DNA from: Eledone cirrhosa
Taxonomy: Eukaryota
NCBI GenBank assembly: GCA_964016885.1
Contig: OZ024740.1
Location: 292,702,001-292,766,000, forward strand
Direction of reading: 5' to 3'
Length of the DNA stretch: 64,000 nt
Below are positions 1-11,118 of the stretch, piece after piece. Numbering within the stretch: position 1 is the stretch's first letter; each line of letters starts with the position of its first letter. A program made the translations under genes and the position numbers. The notes below the pieces were generated by a model. It saw only the letters and a list, made by a program, of their open reading frames with translations, did not search any database and was not told the DNA's origin.

Positions 1-1708
1 CCAGTGACATTGTCTTGGAGAGGTGTAAGTGTGTGAGGTCGGAATTTTTCAAGTTGTCCCAGGTTTTTTTTGGTCTGCCTACTCCATGGCTACCGTCTAT
101 TTTTATCGCCCTGCACTTTTTTATACAGCTGTCGTCTTTCATGCGCATCACGTGACCGTACCAATGTAGTCTTCTCTCGAGTAAACAACATCTGATCCCT
201 CTTATTCCTAATTTCTCCCTTAGTTTGTTTATGTTTTGCCGTTCACGTATATTACTATTACATATCCAGCGGAGCATGCAAGCTTCATTCCTCTCCTGTC
301 TGCGTATCTCCTCTGCACACAATGCCCAGGTCTCACTGCCATGTAACATTGCTGTTCGTATGCAGGCATCATACAGCCTGCCTTTCATTTTTAGAGAGAA
401 CCCTTTAGCGGCCAATAGTGGTATAAGCTCTCTGAACTTTTTCCATCCCGTTCTGACTCTAGCTACTGTACTTTCAGAGCACCCTCCCCCACTGCTGATT
501 TTGTCACCCAGGTAACGGAAGGTGTCCACTATTTCTATAGAATCATCTGTGCAATGGAATGAGCTAGTATTCTGTGGGTACTTGCTGCTACTTATTGCAC
601 CAGAGCACCGGCCACATATAAAATCTATATTCTTAGTTAGCTTACCTGTGATCCCACTACATCTTTTATGCACCCATACTTTGCATTTGGGACATAAAAT
701 GGAGTTTCTGCCTACTCCTTTCCTACACACTGAGCATGGCCATTTCCCAGATGGGACCGGTGCCCTATTTTCCTTCCTACAAACTAGAACTTTAGTCTTA
801 GACAAGTTAACTTTAAGTCCTTTTGATTCTAGGCCATGCTTCCATGTTTGGAATTTCTCCTCTACTTCAGCCATTGATTCAGCTATGAGCGTTAGATCAT
901 ATGCATATAGGAGTTCCCATGAGCAGCCGGTCTTGAACTCCTCTGTTATAGCCTGAAGGGCAATAATAAATAGTAGGGGGCTAAGAACGGTGCCCTGATG
1001 AACACCTACTTTTACGCTAAACTCTTCACTATATTCGTTGTTAATTCTAACCTTGCTGACTGCTTCTTTATACATGGCTTGTATAGCTCTCACAAGCCAT
1101 TCATCAACACCTAGTTTTCTAAGAGCTCACCAGATAATGGAGCGGGGGACTCTGTCAAAGGCTTTCTCCAAGTCAACAAAAACTAAGTATAGGGGTTTAT
1201 TTTTAGCAATTTGTACTCTGATTAGTTGCGCTATTACTTTTTCTGTGACGTTCATGACCTGGTCGATTAATTTAATGCCTCTATAGTTACCCCTATCTAG
1301 GGCATCTCCTTTACCCTTGTAGCAGTTAATGATGGTGCTGCTACACCAGTCCTTCGGAACGGCCCCATTCTGTATGACTTGGTTTACTATCCGGGTGACC
1401 ATAGTGTGTCCCACCGTTCCATATGCTTTCAGCATTTCAACAACTATTTCCGAAGGCCCAGCCGCCTTACCCGTCTTCATATCTTTGATTGCAACTAGCA
1501 CTGCTGGTCCCTCTATTGGATCGATGTGGAGGAGACTGTCTTTCTCCCATTTATTCTTCTCATTTAGTAGCCTTTCGTAGTGACACTTCCAAGCTACCTA
1601 CTTATCAGCGTCAGTGATGGCAAGTACACCATCATGATTAAGGACACACTTCTCCCTGACAATATCATGGTTTTCCTTGACACATTGCCTAGCAATCCTG
1701 AACACCTC
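1..1708 (-). mobile_element. RTE-clade LINE, degenerate RT fragment
   Basis: ORF 1127-1501 has KAAGPSEI, NYRGIKL and FVDLEKAFDRVPR; downstream GVHQG/SPLLF motifs and a C-terminal KGRLYDACIR/MLRWICN region; stops and an internal deletion. Confidence 0.9.
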
Positions 1709-2374
1709 ACGTTAGGGAAATTAGGCAGTAGAAGTCGCATTGATAGACACATTTTTCAAATGCAGGCGGGTGCTATAGAAGTGGTGGATAGAATCTGGTA
1801 CCTAGGAGATCAGATTAGCATGGGAAGGGGGTGTTCGGAGGCCATAGTATCTAGAATAAGGATGGGTTGGAAGAAGTTTAGGGAGCTGCTTCCCCTGCGT
1901 ATGAAAGGCCGGTTATATGATGCCTGTGTGAGGAGCGCGATGCTGCATGGTAGTGAGACATGGGCAGCAACTGCAGAGGATATGCGACGGCTGTAGAGAA
2001 ATGAAGGAAGCATGCTCTGTTGGATGTGCAGTGTCAATGTGCGTGAACGACCCAGCATGAATGTGTTGAGAGAGAAACTGTATCTGAGAGGGATAGAATG
2101 TAGTGTATGGGAGAGGAGACTGAGGTGGTATGGATATGTCATGCGCATGGAGGATGACCGATGGGTCAGGAAATGCCAGTTGAAGGAAGACGTGGTAGAG
2201 GTAGACCACGAAAAACATGGGCGGAGGTGGTGAGAACAGACCTCAGACCGCTGAAGCTCACGGTGGAGATGACAAAGGACCGTGACAAGTGGAGAGATGC
2301 TGTGCTGAATAAGACCCGTCCCACCCTTGCAAGCAGGGAAGAGCGGACGTAAAATGATGATGATGATGATGATG
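1709..2374 (+). mobile_element. RTE LINE 3' fragment with (GAT)n tail
   Basis: YLGDQI, KGRLYDACVRSAMLHGSETW, RRLRWYGYVMR, GRRGRGRPRKTW; ends in gacgtaaaa(tga)n. Confidence 0.88.
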
Positions 2375-2399
2375 TGTGTATATGTGTATACATATGTGT

Positions 2400-2449
<50 letters not shown>

Positions 2450-2850
2450 ATATGTATATGCATGTGTATGTGTATATGTGTGTGTGTGTATTTATTTATA
2501 TATATATATATATGCGTAAATGTTTATGTGTATGTGTATATATGCAAGTATATATATATTTGTATATATATACATATATATGCATGTGTGTATGTGTGTA
2601 TATAAATATATATATGTATATGTATGTATATATCTATATGTATGTGTGTATATCTATATATATATATACACAGAGATATCCATGGTAAGTTGTGGGGTCT
2701 AGTCTGCATGAAGAACTCAATGTAATCCATATGTTGAAAATGTTGTAGGTTAAGATAAATCCCGGAAAACAATAAAACATTAAAAGGAAAACAGAGTCAT
2801 GATATAAGTTAAAACAATGAAATAAAAAATCAAGTCATTAGCCATATACA

Positions 2851-2994
2851 TCACTGCTTTACGATCGTTTCTAGGTGATGATAATACATTGTAGCTCTAC
2901 TTCGTTATTGACCTATGTAAGGTTAGTTACAAAATATCAGATAAAGAGAATATTTACTTACATGCATATTACCAGCTGTTTTCAAAAGCAATAA
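2851..2994 (-). ncRNA. Hammerhead ribozyme type I, U3-A8 variant core (mirror copy)
   Basis: Reverse-complement copy of 3146-3289. Confidence 0.55.
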
Positions 2995-3145
2995 TAATTT
3001 TATTCAGAATTAGTAGTATGTTAGTATCATGTCCTTATTTGGAGGTAGTTGAAGAACTATGAAAAAACAATTTGATTGATTAGTTCTTCAACTACCTCCA
3101 AATAAAGACAAGATACTAACATACTACTAATTCTGAATAAAATTA

Positions 3146-3289
3146 TTATTGCTTTTGAAAACAGCTGGTGATATGCATGTAAGTAAATATTCTCTTTATC
3201 TGATATTTTGTAACTAACCTTACATAGATCAATAACGAAGTATAGCTACAATGTATTATCATCACCTAGAAACGATCGTAAAGCAGTGA
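3146..3289 (+). ncRNA. Hammerhead ribozyme type I, U3-A8 variant core, long stem II
   Basis: ttattgctt-TTGAAAA-(ggtgat...atcacc)-GAAA-CGATCG-TA-aagcagtga; 9-bp stem I with GU pairs; palindromic stem III; base of stem II is imperfect. Confidence 0.6.
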
Positions 3290-3382
3290 CGTATATCTAT
3301 AATGACTTGATTTTTTATTTCATTGTTTTAACTTATATATATATATATAAGTTAAAACAATGAAATAAAAAATCAAGTCATT

Positions 3383-3446
3383 AGAGATATATACACATAG
3401 ATAAATATATACATATATAAATACACATGGATAAATATATACATAT

Positions 3447-3504
<58 letters not shown>

Positions 3505-4070
3505 GTGTGTGTATATACATATATATATATATGTGTGTGTGTATATATATATATATGTGTGTATATACATATATATATATATATGTGTGTGTATATACAT
3601 ATATATATATACACATAGATAAATATATACATATACACACACATATATATATATGTGTATATATATATATATATGTGTGTGTGTGTATATGTATATATTT
3701 ATCTATGTGTATATATCTGTATGTATGTGTTTATGTGTGTATATGTATGTATATGTATATGTGTGTGTGTATATATATGTATGTGTGTGTTTGTATATGT
3801 GTATATATGTATGTATATATGTATATGTATGTGTATGTATGTATATATATATGTGTGTATATATTTATATATATGTGTGTGTGTATATGTGTGTATATGT
3901 ATATATATGTATGTGTGTATATATATGTGTATATATACATATATATGTGTGAGTGTGTATATATATATATGTGTATGTATGTGTATGTCTATGTATGTGT
4001 ATGTATATATATGTGTATGTGTACATATATATGTGTATGTATGTATTTATTATATGTATGTGTGTGGATA

Positions 4071-4111
<41 letters not shown>

Positions 4112-4288
4112 ATATGTATATATGTGTGTATATATATATATATATGTGTGTGTGTATGTGTGTATATATGTTTGTATGTGTGTATATATGTATGTATGTG
4201 TGTACACATATATATATATGTATGTGTACGCATGTATATGTATACACACATATATATATGTATATGTATATGTATGTGTATATATGTA
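3383..4288. repeat. Compound (TA)n/(TG)n microsatellite
   Basis: Continuous purine-pyrimidine dinucleotide tract. Confidence 0.95.
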
Positions 4289-5372
4289 TGCCAAAGTACT
4301 GCCAACCACAACAACGAAACCCACAGTAAAAAAATGCGATAGACCCAACTGTGGCATATGCATCAACCTAATAGAGGGTTCGGAATTCTATTTCAAAGAA
4401 GGACAACGTTTTATAGTAAAACACAATTTCACATGCGCATCAGAAAATCTAATATATGTATTAAGCTGCTCAGGTTGTCGAGAACAATACATAGGCCAGA
4501 CCCAAAACAGCCTCCGCCAATGCATGACTGTCCATAGATCCCAAATTAAAATACGGGAATACAGGAAAATACCACTGAGTGAACACATTGATACCTGTGC
4601 CGCCCAAAATCATCCCAACTTTAGAATCTTTCCCCTCTACAAATTTAAAGATAATGCCACCCACACCCAGCGCATCAGCAAGGAATCTCACTTTATTAAC
4701 AAATACGGACCCCGTCTAAACACTTCTCCCTAAGACGAACCCACAACATACACACGTCAACATAATACCTACATCAGCATACATCCTACATACATCCCTA
4801 TCCACATATAAACACAATGACATACGTAAACACACATGTTCTATGTTGCAACACAAATATAAACAAATTTGCATACCTTTTGATGTCTATAGATATAAAC
4901 GTGCCGACACACACACATACATATACGCACACATGCATTGCACACTGATGGGCACATACATATTTGTACACAAGTATTCCCATACGGCAGGGCCTAATGG
5001 ATTCCCCTTGCAGTACGTACAATCTGGGCACTCACACACACCTTGGTATTATGACAATACTATACATCATTTCACCCCTTTTATTATTAATGTTTTTGAT
5101 GTTCTTTTGAGATAATCGTTTTTGCAAATTACTGAAAATATCGAATAATGTACACCATTTTTACCAGTATCACAAAAATACTGCCCTCCCCCTCACATAC
5201 ACACACACACACATACACACGCGTACACTAACATACAAACAGACATATACACACACACACAATTCTCCGTATAAGACAAGAGCTGAAAAATATCTTTCAA
5301 CATGTTAAAATATCCCCACACACGTACAGACACATTCCTACTGATCGAATCCCTCTACCACGAACCACTCTG

Positions 5373-5410
<38 letters not shown>

Positions 5411-5986
5411 TTGTCTTAATAGACACCTGAACTGTTGACCTTTCAACATGACTGCAATTCACACACACATCCCTACTGACCATTATCACAACAATGAACC
5501 TCTTTACTACACACACACAGACATATTTGTCTTAAAAGACTTATTTTTCAGTGACTTCTCAATCTGGCGAAAAAGGACACTCTTCGACAAACCTACATTT
5601 GGCGCAAAATTAATTTTTAACATTCACGTGACCTCTACCGATCAATCAAAATTGTTTTGACTACAAGAATTTTTGCAACACGAATTGGCGCGAAACTTAT
5701 AGTACTCATTCACGTGACATTCAACAACCAACCAAATCTTAATACCTCTGGAGCCACTTTTTTTTCACATAAAACAGGTAGAATTTCCCAAACTGATCAG
5801 ATTAGAGCAAACATCACGGGCGCTCTATCTCAAAATTATTTTTGAAAAGCATTAGAAATGCGCAACCAGTAAAAACTTAAAACTAAAACTGAATACTAAC
5901 CAATACTTATTACTAAGTTCTACTTATTCCTAATTAAACTATTTTTCACTGGGAAAAATTTGTCAGCATTTTCTTTTCCTTTTACT
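4289..5986 (+). mobile_element. 5'-truncated Penelope-like element (Neptune-type): GIY-YIG endonuclease 4289-4733 plus 3' UTR/pLTR
   Basis: CDRPNCGIC linker, [18 protein letters not shown]...H, PLSEH and [15 protein letters not shown]; flanked by TA/TG tracts. Confidence 0.88.
5839..5874 (+). ncRNA. Degenerate hammerhead, U3-A8 core (GAAA mutated to GCAA)
   Basis: ttt-TTGAAAA-gcatt aga aatgc-GCAA-CCAG-TA-aaa; homologous to 56182-56219. Confidence 0.5.
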
Positions 5987-6003
5987 AATATATATATATA
6001 TAT

Positions 6004-6191
6004 ATAGGGAAAAGTATGACCCCGACGGCAGAGCTCAAGCCGTTTCGACGGCTATTTCTGGAAATAGCCGTCGAAACGGCTTGAGCTCTGCCGTCGGGGT
6101 TATACTTTTTCCTATTTCCCACTCTACTACCCTAAGTATTGAGTACTCTGGTGCGTTATGGTCCATCTGGTTCCTTACCACAATTCCTTTG
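6004..6191 (+). mobile_element. PLE 3'-end remnant (family A) with fold-back hairpin and 3' half of a hammerhead
   Basis: Arms 6004-6058 and 6061-6115; GAAA-CGGC-ttgagctct-GCCG-TC-ggggt; homologous copies at 21745, 33661 and 37000; ends in (TA)n. Confidence 0.75.
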
Positions 6192-6308
6192 TTATATATA
6201 TGTATATGTGTATATGTATATATGTATATATATATGTGTGTCTATATGTATATATATGTATATATATGTGTATATATGTATATATACATGTATGTATGTG
6301 TGTGTATA

Positions 6309-6361
<53 letters not shown>

Positions 6362-6840
6362 TCATCATCATTTCATTTTACGTCCGCTTTTTCCCTGTTT
6401 GCAAGGGTGGGACGGGAACTGATTCTGGCTTGATTTCTACACCAACCTCATTTACAGTGAGTGCTGGGTGCTTCTTTGCCGTGGCGCCTACACGTTCACC
6501 ACTTTACAGTGTGGGCTGGGTGCTTTTTTGCCGTGGCACCTCCACGACCACTTTGCAGAGGAATGATATGGACCCCAGTCCCTATCATCTCATTTCTACA
6601 GCTGAGTAATCTGGAGCAATGTGAAATAAAGTGTCTTGCTCACGGAAACAACACATCATCTGGACTGAGAATTGAACTCACAACCTTTAGATTGCAAGGC
6701 CAATGCTTTAACCACTAGCCATGTGCCTCCATAGATATATACATATATATCTATGTGTATGTATGTGTGTATGTATGTATATGTATGTATATGTATATGT
6801 ATATATGTATGTATGTGAGTATGTATATATATATATATAT

Positions 6841-7270
6841 AAATGAAAGGTATAGAAATTGTTTTAGCGAGAAGCTAACAGTATTCCATAACATATATGC
6901 GACTATGTCGTCAAGATGGGAAAAATAGTTAACGTAAGATGTAGGAAAAATAATTCAAACTCATCTCAAAAGAGAATCAGGATATAAATTCATCCACAGA
7001 ATTTAGTGAAATCCAGGGAAAAATCAATAGAGCCTTAACTCATGATAAAATAAAGTCTAAAATACTTATCCTTCAATTTGGAAAAACATCAAATGCTCTG
7101 TATAGTCTTAAAGACTATTTCATGAAAACTTTCAGTGGAGATGGTCACGGTGGGATTTCAATCGTCAGCAGAGCTCAACCAGATAACCAGGACTCTCACA
7201 GATTTATAAGCCAAAAAGGGAATTTTAAAACTGGCTAGTTCACCATCATGCGTGATTATGAAAAACGCAC
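6841..7270 (-). mobile_element. About 430-bp non-coding hammerhead-bearing element (family B)
   Basis: Reverse-complement homolog of 27258-27693; TA-flanked. Confidence 0.8.
7095..7174 (-). ncRNA. Hammerhead ribozyme type I
   Basis: gctctg-CTGACGA-t tgaaa...tttca t-GAAA-TAGTCT tta AGACTA-TA-cagagc. Confidence 0.85.
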
Positions 7271-7689
7271 AATATATATATATGTGTGTATATATATGTG
7301 TGTATGTATATGTATGTATATATCATCATCATCATCATCGTTTAACGTCCATCTTCCACACTTGCATGGGTTTGGACGGGAGGTTTCCCACTTGAGGCAA
7401 GATTGGTTGTCTTGCTCGTATAGGACTGTCTGGCGGGTTTTCTACGGCTGGATGCCCTTCCTAACACCAACCACGTTTACAGTGTGGACTGGAAGGTTTT
7501 TACCGTGTTACCTACATGGCCACATTTACAGCGTGGACTGTGTGTTTTTTTTGTCGTGACACCTACACGACCTCATTTGTTTCGGACTGGATGTTGTGGT
7601 ACCAACATAACTTCACATTGAAGGGGGTGGTGTGGATGAGGTGGGGGTAGTGGAACAGGGTGTATTTTTGTTAGAGGTGCCTACTGACT

Positions 7690-8867
7690 GTAGGTTTCGC
7701 TTTGTACTTAGGCAAGGCGGGACTTCTGTATTACTGTGTAGCGCCAAAGATCTCGGTCCAGTGATATTGTCTTGGAGAGGTGTAACTGTGTGAGGTCGGA
7801 ATTTATCAAGTCGTCCCAGGTTTTTCTGGGTCTGCCTACTCCGTGGCTACCGTCTATTTTTATCGCCCTGCACTTTTTTATACAGCTGTTGACTTTTATG
7901 CCCATCACGTGACCATACCAACGTAGTCTTTTCTCGAGTAAACAACATCTGATCCCTCTTATTCCTAATTTCCTAGTTTGTTTATGCTTTGCCGTTCACG
8001 TATATTACTATTACACATCCAGCGGAGCATGCAAGGTTCGTTCCTCTCCAGTCTGCGTATATCCTCTGCACACAATGCCCAGGTCTCACTGCCATGTAAC
8101 ATTGCTGTTCATATGCAGGAATCATACAGCCTGCCTTTCATTTTTAGAGAGAACCCTTTAGCGGTCAATAGTGGTATAAGCTCTCTGAACTTTTTCCATC
8201 CCGTTCTGACTCTAGCTACTGTACCTTCAGAGCACCTTCCCCCACTGCTGATTTTGTCACCCAGGTAACGCAAGGTGTCCACTATTTCTATAGAACCATC
8301 TGTGCAATGGAATGAGCTAGTATTCTGTGGGCACTTGCTGCTACTTATTGCACCAGAGCACCGGCCACATATAAAATCTATATTCTTAGTTAGTTTACCT
8401 GTGATCCCACTACATCTTTTATGCACCCATACTTTGCATTTGGGACATAAAATGGAGTTTCTGCCTACTCCTTTCCTACACACTGAGCATGGCCATTTCC
8501 CAGATGGGATCGGTGCCCTATTTTCCTTCCTACAAACTAGAACTTTAGTCTTAGACAAGTTAACTTTAAGTCCTTTTGATTCTAGGCCATGCTTCCATGT
8601 TTGGAATTTCTTCTCTAGTTCAGCCATTGATTCAGCTATGAGCGTTAGATCATGTGCGTATAGGAGTTCCCATGGGCAGCCGGTCTTGAAATCCTCTGTT
8701 ATAGCCTGAAGGGCAATAATAAATAGTAGGGGGCTAAGAACGGAGCCCTGATGAACACCAACTTTTACGTTAAACTCTTCACAATATTCGTCGTTAATTC
8801 TAATCTTGCTGACTGTTTCTTTATACATGGCTTGTATAGCTCTCACAAAGCATTCATCAACACCTAG

Positions 8868-8870
<3 letters not shown>
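7690..8870 (-). mobile_element. RTE LINE 3' fragment, same subfamily as 1-1120
   Basis: ORF 8109-8846 has GVHQGSVLSPLLF, LLYAHDL and a PHD-like CSVC..CPKC..H..C; near-identical to 1-1120. Confidence 0.9.
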
Positions 8871-8937
<67 letters not shown>

Positions 8938-9131
8938 CTTGGGGAGGGTTATATTTGTGTAATATTGCCAGAATTAATAACAGAACACACTCACTGTTTG
9001 GTCGGTTTTCGCTTCTCGCTGTCTTTTATATCGGTAATCTAACATACTCGGTCCTCAATGTTGCCATTGACTGACCGACGGTCAAAAAATAATGCAGATA
9101 CAATATAGACACAAACACATATATATAGTTT

Positions 9132-9173
9132 ATCATAAATCTTTCGTTGCACATCTGCAACATCGTCAGTGGT
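9132..9173 (-). ncRNA. Minimal hammerhead ribozyme
   Basis: acca-CTGACGA-t-gttgca gatg tgcaac-GAAA-GATT-TA-tgat. Confidence 0.6.
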
Positions 9174-9630
9174 GTTATATTTTCCTCCTTTGTGTTGTAT
9201 GTCTACGCCATTTTTATTCAGTCTGTCTATATATTTATTTATTTATTTGCTTGTTTGTTTATTTTATTTTGTTTTCTTTGCGCATGCGTTTGCGTGTGTG
9301 TATAGTGTTATGTTTGCTGTGTGATGGGTGACTAGTGTGTGTTTATGTGCTTGTTGTTATTGTGCTTGTGTATGTATTTATTTATTTATTTATCTTATTT
9401 TATTTACTTATTTATACTTCTCTTAGGTCAGTGTTGTTTGTTTGGGTGTTGTTGTTATTCCATTCATTCTTTCTGTTTAGCTTTGGTCTTCTAATTTCTA
9501 TTTCACTGGCCTCTCTGATTTGCCTATCTGCTGGGTCATTTCTATGTAACACATGCGCAAACTAAGCACGCAACACACAGAAAAACAAGATGGCGTAGGA
9601 GACGCACAAAAACAAAGAAAAGAATCCCCA

Positions 9631-9673
9631 GTCACTGAAGAGGTCACAGAATGTGTGACGAAAGAACTTTGAC
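9631..9673 (+). ncRNA. Minimal hammerhead ribozyme
   Basis: gtca-CTGAAGA-g-gtcaca gaatg tgtgac-GAAA-GAAC-TT-tgac. Confidence 0.65.
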
Positions 9674-9943
9674 AATATATAAACAATCATCTGGTTGTGG
9701 AACCAACCAATCGGAAATTTATAACTTCCTAAATTTATAAATTTAAATATGATTATTTAATTATTATTATTTAATTATTATTATTTATTATAATAAATTG
9801 AAGTGAAAGCAACTGGTGCGTGTGTTTCTTATTGGCAACATGACCCTCCAAAAGTATAACAATATCGGTTTCAACACACGTTTTCAGATAAAGAATCTTG
9901 CTAAAGAAATTCAGAAACGAAATATATATTTAGAGAGAGAGAG

Positions 9944-10306
9944 AGAAATCACATGAATCAAAGTTCTGTTCAAACCATTTATTAGCTTACAATTGTTTCG
10001 TCCAAACCGAGGAACTATCCTCTTGCATTATCTTCGTAAACTGCCGATGTTGTATTTTAACTTTAATTTTGTTTTAATATGATTTTAATTTTTGAATTTA
10101 AATTGCCATGCAAAAATATTATAATGGATGTCACCCACTGTGCATCGATATATACATATGTATCTGTATGTCTCTTGTGTTGGAAAGGAGGTCATGTATG
10201 TAAACAATCATTGAAAAATTGCTCCGAAGACTCCAAACCTCGGTTTGGACGAAACAATTGTAAGCTAATAAATGGTTTGAACAGAACTTTGATTCATGTG
10301 ATTTCT
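9944..10306 (+). mobile_element. PLE 3'-end remnant (family C) with 69-bp inverted terminal copy
   Basis: 9944-10012 is the reverse complement of 10238-10306; body homologous to the reverse complement of about 59510-59760. Confidence 0.8.
10219..10265 (+). ncRNA. Hammerhead-like motif with CCGAAGA core
   Basis: gct-CCGAAGA-c tccaaacc tc ggtttgga c-GAAA-CAATTG-TA-agc. Confidence 0.6.
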
Positions 10307-10522
10307 ATATAACTGCTCTGTAGAACAACTGATGTTATTACATTGAGCTATTTATCTTACTGGTAATAAGGTAGTAATAAATTACTGTCTTTCACTGTTT
10401 AGGGTTTAAAATATATATAACTATAAAAAGTTTTAGTATATACATAACCATAAATAGTATCCTTAATACTATATATATATATATAACAAAATGAAAATCC
10501 GAAGGCAAGGTGAAATTTCCAA

Positions 10523-10611
10523 TCATTTTAATCACGACACATGTTTCAATAAAAGATTGATCGATCGTGAAGCCATGATCAATTATCACTGATCTCATCA
10601 GGTGAAAATGA
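10523..10611 (-). ncRNA. Hammerhead ribozyme type I (mirror copy)
   Basis: Reverse-complement copy of 11030-11118. Confidence 0.75.
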
Positions 10612-11029
10612 ATTGTCTTCAAATTCTTGATATGAGGGAGAAAATTAGCAATGTTCACTCACAGAGTTTATTCCCTCATATGAAGATCAAGCAGTCGTGA
10701 CCGTCTATAGTTCTACAGATTTGATACTGTGTTGATGTGTGTATATATATATATTTTTTTTTCTTTGACCTCGAGTCGGTGCGTGTGGGTGTTGAGTGTG
10801 TGTGTACCCACTCACATTAACTGTGACCGACTGTATTTCTACAGATTTGATTGATGTCCATCCAGCGTCTTTTGCAGCTATTGGGATATAGAAATTTGAT
10901 AGTTTTATGACCTTAACTGAAGTTGATAGCAGTCGTCGCATTTTGACTGCTTGATCTTCATATGAGGGAATAAACTCTGTGAGTGAACATTGCTAATTTT
11001 CTCCCTCATATCAAGAATTTGAAGACAAT

Positions 11030-11118
11030 TCATTTTCACCTGATGAGATCAGTGATAATTGATCATGGCTTCACGATCGATCTATCTCTTATTGAAACAT
11101 GTGTCGTGATTAAAATGA
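11030..11118 (+). ncRNA. Hammerhead ribozyme type I
   Basis: tcattttcac-CTGATGA-gat...att-GAAA-CATGTG-TC-gtgattaaaatga; predicted GUC cleavage after 11105; bulged stem I. Confidence 0.8.

Larger units (their letters stand above)
2802..3338. repeat. Long fold-back palindrome (about 258-bp arms, 21-nt loop), inverted PLE pseudo-LTR-like
   Basis: 2802-3059 is the near-perfect reverse complement of 3081-3338; the right end abuts (TA)n. Confidence 0.95.

Noticed and set aside
7759-8870. Segmental duplication of 1-1120
   Set aside because: Similarity is confined to RTE sequence; two insertions of one young subfamily suffice, though the left flank of the first copy is outside the window
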